A stretch of 64,000 nucleotides of DNA from a virus (lineage: Duplodnaviria > Caudoviricetes): IMG/VR virus record IMGVR_UViG_3300037484_000435, positions 192,001-256,000 of that record. One strand, 5' to 3'. Of the stretch, positions 58,451 to 64,000 are shown piece by piece. The translations under genes and the position numbers were made by a program. The notes beneath the pieces are model-generated. The model saw only the letters and a program-made list of their open reading frames with translations. It was not told where the DNA came from and did no database searches. The number at the start of each line of letters is the position of its first letter. The first letter of the stretch is position 1.

Positions 58451-60433
58451 TTATTTAAACCGATATATCTTTGGATATGTAGACGGAATATATTTCTTCT
58501 GGTCTACTGTAAATACTAGGGAACTCAAATTAATACCTCCCCCACGACCATATACATCTACTTGGATATCATCCTTTAGATGGACTGGAAAAGTTCCACA
58601 ACTAGGCGATGCATTCATTATGATGGGCACCTCAGATTCCCCCGTTTGGAATGACCAAATAGCATATCCTCGATTTTGTGCACTGGAACGATCAGCCACA
58701 GTAGCAAAACACTCTACTGTAGAATTATAATAAAACGGATAGGGAGGTGTATAAATCACTTGGTACCAATTATCACTGTACTTATAGATATCTGGGATAA
58801 CTACTAGGTTGTTCACAGTAAAAGTTAATGTACTTATATCTATACCTAAGCCCTCGTCTTGTATTTCGAATCTTATCCAGTGCCTATGGTCCACATTAGT
58901 CATGCCATTATAAGGATACATGTTAAATATCTCAGGGGGATAAAAGTCATCTACAATATCAAACCAGTAGTTTAACTCTAAAGGATAATCAGTGTAGGTA
59001 TATTGGATGGTGTCCCCCTCCAAATACTCATAAGTTGTTGGTTCTACCAGTAATGTATCTACCCCCACAATAGCTAGCAGTTCTCGGGATTCACTTTCCC
59101 CTCCTGGATTCGGCCCCAACTCTAACATACCACCTGGTTGGAACATTGAGAGATCGCCATCGACCTGTATATATCGTGTATCTACAGATGCACTAGCCGC
59201 AAATGTCCTAGTCAGGGTTGGGGAGGCTGAAACATAGACATAAACCCACACCCTGCTATTTAATGGAAAATCTTGTGGCGGATTATAGAACAATTCGGCC
59301 CCACCTGGTATAAGAGTTATTTGAACTTGGTCAGTTACCTCCACCCCATTAACCTTATAGACCAATGTAGACCAGTTCATGGGGATAGAGGGATTAGATA
59401 ATCTTTGCCATATGTTTGTATAGGGTGGATTTCTTATAGAATAGGGGGTAGGAACTGCCCACGGAATAGGAATAAAAGTTTCTATTACTGTGAAGGTCTC
59501 AAGCCCACCTTTTACTCCAACCGAGAGTTCTGTCCCTTTACCTCCGCTTTGAGTGGTATACCCAGCGATTTCATAATCACCAGAACCTCCTGGAACAGGA
59601 ATATCAATGGTTTTCTTTACTTCAGAATCTTTATAGGTAATTGGGTCTCCGTTAAGAAATGTGTAATCCATTGGAGTTATCTGTAATCTATCGCTTCCTA
59701 AAATAGACACGACTGTCGACACACCCGAAGCTCCTTGTATGTTAGGCCCAAAATATAGGGTCGCCCCGACATCCATTACATCAGTAGTCAAATAAAATCC
59801 TGTAGTACCACTAGAGTTAGTATCGATCCACGGCATAGTCATTGTTAAGGTTGTTGTCCCGCTCGTCAAAGTACCGTAGACTTTTAAATCTGAATTTTCA
59901 TAGTATGCAATTGGGCTGGAAATAGTTAAATGACTTTCGTATTCGGGGAGCGTCCTAACAATAAAGTACCCACCAGGATTACAAATACCTGGAAGGGAGG
60001 GGTCTTCAAACAAAAAATAAGCGAAGTTTAAACCGTAAAAAACTGCACAATTTGGCTTACCACCCTCCGACCCCACATCCAAATATTCGGAAAGATGTTG
60101 TGCAATATAATTTCTTTCCTCATCAGTTAAATGTGGTAAAGCACCTTTCATCAAAGGAATACTAATGTTAGCGTCCCCGCTACCAGAAGCGGTAGCTGAA
60201 TCTTTATAGGGTGAGCCATAATGTCGAACAAAAATATCTACAGAAGAGTCTAAGGGACCACCCACAACAGCAATTCTGCCAAGAGCATCCGTACGGTACC
60301 AATCGTACAGACCATTATTATCTGGGTCCAACCATAATTGTTGAGTTCCCCACGTGTGGCCCCACTGATAAGTGTAAATATTTAGGTAGGAGCTACGTGA
60401 GCTAGCTCCTACCAACAGTGTGCTTTTTTGCAT
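58451..60433 (-). CDS. Putative virion protein with two complete and one truncated Ig-like domain
   Basis: PPEIFNMYP..IRFEIQDEGLGIDISTLTFTVN..WSFQTG; last copy ends after about four strands. Confidence 0.7.
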   Translation of the reverse strand: MQKSTLLVGASSRSSYLNIYTYQWGHTWGTQQLWLDPDNNGLYDWYRTDALGRIAVVGGPLDSSVDIFVRHYGSPYKDSATASGSGDANISIPLMKGALPHLTDEERNYIAQHLSEYLDVGSEGGKPNCAVFYGLNFAYFLFEDPSLPGICNPGGYFIVRTLPEYESHLTISSPIAYYENSDLKVYGTLTSGTTTLTMTMPWIDTNSSGTTGFYLTTDVMDVGATLYFGPNIQGASGVSTVVSILGSDRLQITPMDYTFLNGDPITYKDSEVKKTIDIPVPGGSGDYEIAGYTTQSGGKGTELSVGVKGGLETFTVIETFIPIPWAVPTPYSIRNPPYTNIWQRLSNPSIPMNWSTLVYKVNGVEVTDQVQITLIPGGAELFYNPPQDFPLNSRVWVYVYVSASPTLTRTFAASASVDTRYIQVDGDLSMFQPGGMLELGPNPGGESESRELLAIVGVDTLLVEPTTYEYLEGDTIQYTYTDYPLELNYWFDIVDDFYPPEIFNMYPYNGMTNVDHRHWIRFEIQDEGLGIDISTLTFTVNNLVVIPDIYKYSDNWYQVIYTPPYPFYYNSTVECFATVADRSSAQNRGYAIWSFQTGESEVPIIMNASPSCGTFPVHLKDDIQVDVYGRGGGINLSSLVFTVDQKKYIPSTYPKIYRFK

Positions 60434-61977
60434 TACGGTTGCACTATAGCTAAGACGGTAATCAAACCTGCCTTAGTACCAGCCCTCCATTCTATTACTG
60501 CTTGCCCCTTTCGTGCTGGGGGTCCCCCCGGATAGGACGACTGGCTTCCAGTAATTATTTCGGCCTGTGCGTGCGGCGTACCATCAAGCCAAGTAAAGGA
60601 ACCTTCAACACACTCAGATATATCTTCAGGACAAAGGAAATAACCCTTAGTTTGAGTATCAGTCGCACTGAGGCCAAACACTACACGTTTGTAATTCAAC
60701 GCGGCCCCATACTGGTCTCGCACAGTAGCATAAATCAACGCCTTGTCGACACCGTTGGCCACGACTAATGCCGGTTCAGCAGTAAGTGCTATTGATGTAA
60801 CCATGGGCTTCATGACGGAAACTACGTAGTTATAGGGTCCAGAAGAGAAACTACCTTCGATCGCACCATAAGTATACCCAGTTTGTAATCTGTAGATGTT
60901 TACAGTTTTACACTCTGTTGGGTGCACTGAAGAAGCCAAATCATAAATAGACCAAAGAGTAACTCTATCATTCTTAATAGCATTATCCATAATCATCGAA
61001 GCCATATTTTCTCGGAACTCTATATTACTACCAACGTAATCAAACCCAGTAGTAATCACACCATCGGCGTTGGGACCTGGATAATTGAATCCCCCGCCCG
61101 GCATATTGGGCCGTTTTAACAAAAGTTGTTGTCCACGTACATAGGCAATCAATCCTGTGTAATAACCTTGATTTATGCCGTCAAGCCCTGAAGCCGTAAT
61201 AAAAGTTGCGGCTTGTGTCTGCTCATACATGCCGCTATCATGGCAACCTTTATAAGTTAATTCATTGAGAGCTGTTGGGTCTGCCGCAGTAATATGAGGT
61301 ATGGCATACCAATATACCGCCGCACTGGCGTCACCCAAAGAGGGAGATGCGTTGTTAAAAAAATAAAGGTCTCTACGCAGATTAACTGGGTCTCCAGGAT
61401 AGTAAACTCTTTGAATCGGTTGAGCAGTAGTCACTGTATAGTTGTTGAGGATGGTCGCCACTGGGACATCTTCTTCGTACCCTTGAGTAGCTGAACGCAA
61501 ATGAAACTGGTCTGTAACATGGAAGAAAGATGAATGAGGATGTGTTAATTTAATCCGGTCGAGATTACTTGTTCCAGGACCGCAAGCTTCACTTAAAATA
61601 TTATAGTAATTCTCTATCGCGAAAGCCTTACCATTAATATTTTCCGAAATTCCTTGTGCCCTTAATCTCCAAGAGTCCTTCAGAACACACATAAAACTCT
61701 CGATTCTCCAACGACGGAGAATTCTTTCCTTCTCTAAATTACCACTCACATTCCTCTTCTCAAGTGACCAGAAGTTTATACCGTCATACTGCAAGGACAA
61801 AAAAGATGTCCCTGCACTAGAAAGATTAATCTCGTGACTGAAAGGGTAAGTCATAACGGGGTCACCGTAACTCGTCTTCTGGATTAACATGTTTGTAGGT
61901 GCTGGTTTCATAATATAGAAATAATCTCCAGCAGCACAGAATCCAGGCGTATCCGCTCGTATGTTTTCGTAAGCCAT
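60433..61977 (-). CDS. Putative virion protein, propeller-like N-terminus and C-terminal Big-1 Ig domain
   Basis: SLQYDGINFWSL, LRRWRI; IYATVRDQYGAAL..VVF. Confidence 0.7.
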   Translation of the reverse strand: MAYENIRADTPGFCAAGDYFYIMKPAPTNMLIQKTSYGDPVMTYPFSHEINLSSAGTSFLSLQYDGINFWSLEKRNVSGNLEKERILRRWRIESFMCVLKDSWRLRAQGISENINGKAFAIENYYNILSEACGPGTSNLDRIKLTHPHSSFFHVTDQFHLRSATQGYEEDVPVATILNNYTVTTAQPIQRVYYPGDPVNLRRDLYFFNNASPSLGDASAAVYWYAIPHITAADPTALNELTYKGCHDSGMYEQTQAATFITASGLDGINQGYYTGLIAYVRGQQLLLKRPNMPGGGFNYPGPNADGVITTGFDYVGSNIEFRENMASMIMDNAIKNDRVTLWSIYDLASSVHPTECKTVNIYRLQTGYTYGAIEGSFSSGPYNYVVSVMKPMVTSIALTAEPALVVANGVDKALIYATVRDQYGAALNYKRVVFGLSATDTQTKGYFLCPEDISECVEGSFTWLDGTPHAQAEIITGSQSSYPGGPPARKGQAVIEWRAGTKAGLITVLAIVQP

Positions 61978-61986
61978 ATTTCCTCC

Positions 61987-63354
61987 TTAAAATGTTGTTG
62001 TCATTGCTGTAATATACGTGGGGAATGGAATCGTACCAGCACCACTAAATGTTGCATATGCTATCCCACTAGCATTCGTCATCGTGCCTGTCGCTGTAAT
62101 AAACTGCCCTGCGTTTGTGGGAGATACACTCCAGTATATGGGTACATCCCTAATCGGAAATCGATAATCATCTAGGACTGTGCAACTACACGCTACCAAC
62201 CCACTGGGTAAAATAAATTGCGGCTCGACGCTCACAACCATGAAAGAGGCTTGGGCCTCTAACTTGTGTGTTACATAATTAAATGCTGGCCATGTTGCAA
62301 CACTGGTTTCATGTGATTCTCGGTAATCACGCTGTAACATAAAAAACTGCGGGTGATTGTTGATATCTTCAGGGTCATCATTTCTCACCCGTAATTCATG
62401 GATAGGTAAAAATGTATTCCCACCCGTATAATAATTCAACGGAATAGACTGGGCCGTCACGTACAAATCCAGAGTAGTTACATTGAGACAATAAACTGCA
62501 TAACCAGCAACAAAGAATAAGGATTGCGTTCTATTACCTATATTGATTGCCGGAACATTCTTTACAACACTAAAAGCAGCGGTAGTCACATTTTGGTATA
62601 TAGCGTCTTGTCTACTCTGAATCACCTGATAATTAATTGGGTCTATTTCTGATAATGTCCCGCCCGAATCAAATACGTAAATCCTAGTCTCTATAAAACA
62701 ATTATGACCCGCCACATAACTCGTATTGAAGTTAGTAGAAAAGTCTATCTCATATCTTATGACTGGCCATCTAGGGTCATCAGGAATTGTCCTGATATCT
62801 GTTATGATTCCCTCATAAATTTCATCTTGAATGTTGGGCCCTATTTTTACTTGTTGGCCAATCCTCAATCTCTCAATTAAGTAACCGTAATTTGGGTGAA
62901 TCCTCGCGGTATACTTTGAAGGGTCAATTCCCTCATTAAGCGGAAAATTATAATACTCTATGGCCACAGCAGTAGGTTTAGAGAATCCAGGATATGTAGC
63001 AAACCCAACACACTCGAAACCATATTGACTACTATTTATCCTCCATTTCCGTAAAGCTATTCCTGGGTAGTAAGGGGTATCGTTAATTGCTTGCACAGAC
63101 CAAAAGTACTCCCCATCGTAATCGAGACTTTCTGCCCGAGTTTGCAATTCTATCATGGTAGGATAAGCAGTTAATGGAATATTTCCATTATCGTAACGCA
63201 CTAAAAGGAAATTCTCATAACCCCCAAAACCTACTTGGCCTCCTGGGGGAGGGTTAGTCTGATAGCCTCCAAAAATCAAGTTATAAAACTTAAGTTCGTG
63301 GTTAGACAAAAACATAGCCATGTTGGGCTCTATCAATCTAACGTTCTGATCCAT
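61987..63354 (-). CDS. Putative virion protein, paralog of 60433-61977
   Basis: SLDYDGEYFWSV, LRKWRI; CTVLDDYRFPIRDVPIYWSV..TNASGIAYATF. Confidence 0.7.
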   Translation of the reverse strand: MDQNVRLIEPNMAMFLSNHELKFYNLIFGGYQTNPPPGGQVGFGGYENFLLVRYDNGNIPLTAYPTMIELQTRAESLDYDGEYFWSVQAINDTPYYPGIALRKWRINSSQYGFECVGFATYPGFSKPTAVAIEYYNFPLNEGIDPSKYTARIHPNYGYLIERLRIGQQVKIGPNIQDEIYEGIITDIRTIPDDPRWPVIRYEIDFSTNFNTSYVAGHNCFIETRIYVFDSGGTLSEIDPINYQVIQSRQDAIYQNVTTAAFSVVKNVPAINIGNRTQSLFFVAGYAVYCLNVTTLDLYVTAQSIPLNYYTGGNTFLPIHELRVRNDDPEDINNHPQFFMLQRDYRESHETSVATWPAFNYVTHKLEAQASFMVVSVEPQFILPSGLVACSCTVLDDYRFPIRDVPIYWSVSPTNAGQFITATGTMTNASGIAYATFSGAGTIPFPTYITAMTTTF

Positions 63355-63868
63355 TTGCGAAGTCCTCGTTTACAGCAGATTGGTATCTAGTACCGGGCGT
63401 TATATACACAGAACAAGAGCTGATATCCCCTTTAATAGTCACCTGGTCAGTTAAGTCGAATCCTTTAACTTTTACTTTTATACTACTAATATCTAAGCCA
63501 GAAGATGGTAATTGTTCTCCGATATTTACCACAATTTCCGAATCCACAGGAATTCCTGTATCGTTCTGCATAGGCCAGTGACTTGTAATTTCAGGTGGAG
63601 TAGTGTCTGGTTCATAAGTCCAGTTTACCTTCTTACACAAAGTATCGATAAGCTCGTTAACATCATCTGAGAATGTGGTTTGATTAGACGTCCACTTGTA
63701 TGTAGGTGCTATAGGATTCCCATCAGCATCCAACTCTTTAGTTGATGCTTGAATAGCCCACATCTGTGTGCCTGTGCCATCTTGCGTTACTATAACTCTC
63801 TTAATCGTAACCATAATACCAACCCTTTGAGAAGGGTCTCTAAGGTTCTGGACAAATACCTCAGCCAT
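63338..63868 (-). CDS. Small putative virion protein with C-terminally truncated Ig-like domain
   Basis: Start MAEVFV (GAGGAG SD); DTTPPEITSHWP..SEIVVNI..GLDISSIKVKVKG. Confidence 0.7.
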   Translation of the reverse strand: MAEVFVQNLRDPSQRVGIMVTIKRVIVTQDGTGTQMWAIQASTKELDADGNPIAPTYKWTSNQTTFSDDVNELIDTLCKKVNWTYEPDTTPPEITSHWPMQNDTGIPVDSEIVVNIGEQLPSSGLDISSIKVKVKGFDLTDQVTIKGDISSCSVYITPGTRYQSAVNEDFANGSER

Positions 63869-64000
63869 AATAAAACTCCTCGTCAAACCACCACACCAAT
63901 AGGTTTGTATTAAATATTCCAAATGTTTTGGCTCGGTTAAATACCGTTTTTATAGCCACTTGTCTGGTCTGTAACTTGTCTAGAGGTTCTAATGTGATGG

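Noticed and set aside
651-61494. Numerous short plus-strand and nested alternative-frame ORFs in the track
   Set aside because: All lie within longer, motif-bearing, translationally coupled minus-strand genes and show no recognisable motifs
1-64000. Stop-codon reassignment as seen in some large phages
   Set aside because: TAA, TAG (e.g. 5054, 6262, 10687) and TGA (e.g. 3429, 4753) all terminate genes at coupled junctions, and ORFs up to 10 kb are open in code 11
1-64000. Archaeal Borg-like element or host chromosome segment
   Set aside because: Replication genes are bacterial-type (DnaG, DnaB, DnaN, RuvC, RecA); no intergenic tandem-repeat arrays or housekeeping operons; homing endonucleases and virion-like proteins favour a phage
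63937-64000. Possible 3' end of an upstream minus-strand gene (HHIRTSRQVTDQTSGYKNGI-stop)
   Set aside because: Only 20 codons are visible, not enough to support a call

Overview
64 kb of a large (probably jumbo) bacteriophage-like genome. It is AT-rich, uses the standard genetic code and is almost fully coding on the minus strand, with frequent ATGA/TAATG stop-start overlaps and AGGAGG-type SD sites. In transcription order (right to left) there are three blocks. (i) 28291-63868: a structural/adsorption block of very large beta-rich proteins (3403, 2539 and about 2156 aa) plus Ig-like, lectin-like and 12-aa-repeat proteins. (ii) 19361-28083: a bacterial-type replication/recombination module (beta-clamp, RecA, DUF559-type nuclease, DnaB, DnaG, an inverted Q-rich SSB, DnaJ, RuvC, Sm/Hfq-like protein). 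(iii) 1-19368: an accessory block rich in glycan-building enzymes (4 glycosyltransferases, 4 methyltransferases, NDP-sugar epimerase, APS kinase), with four related free-standing LAGLIDADG endonucleases, an HNH nuclease, a GGQ release-factor domain protein and an ADP-ribosylglycohydrolase. No capsid, portal, terminase, tRNA, rRNA or CRISPR array was recognised, so the phage call is an inference from gene content. Top leads: (1) apparently split Ig domains whose missing strands are encoded at the C-terminus of a different structural protein; (2) a possible virion glycan/sulfation system paired with Ser-Gly-rich structural proteins; (3) SD-sequestering hairpins in front of the homing endonucleases; (4) an SSB with its disordered Q-rich linker at the N-terminus. 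All family calls are by-eye motif recognition; no database search was run.
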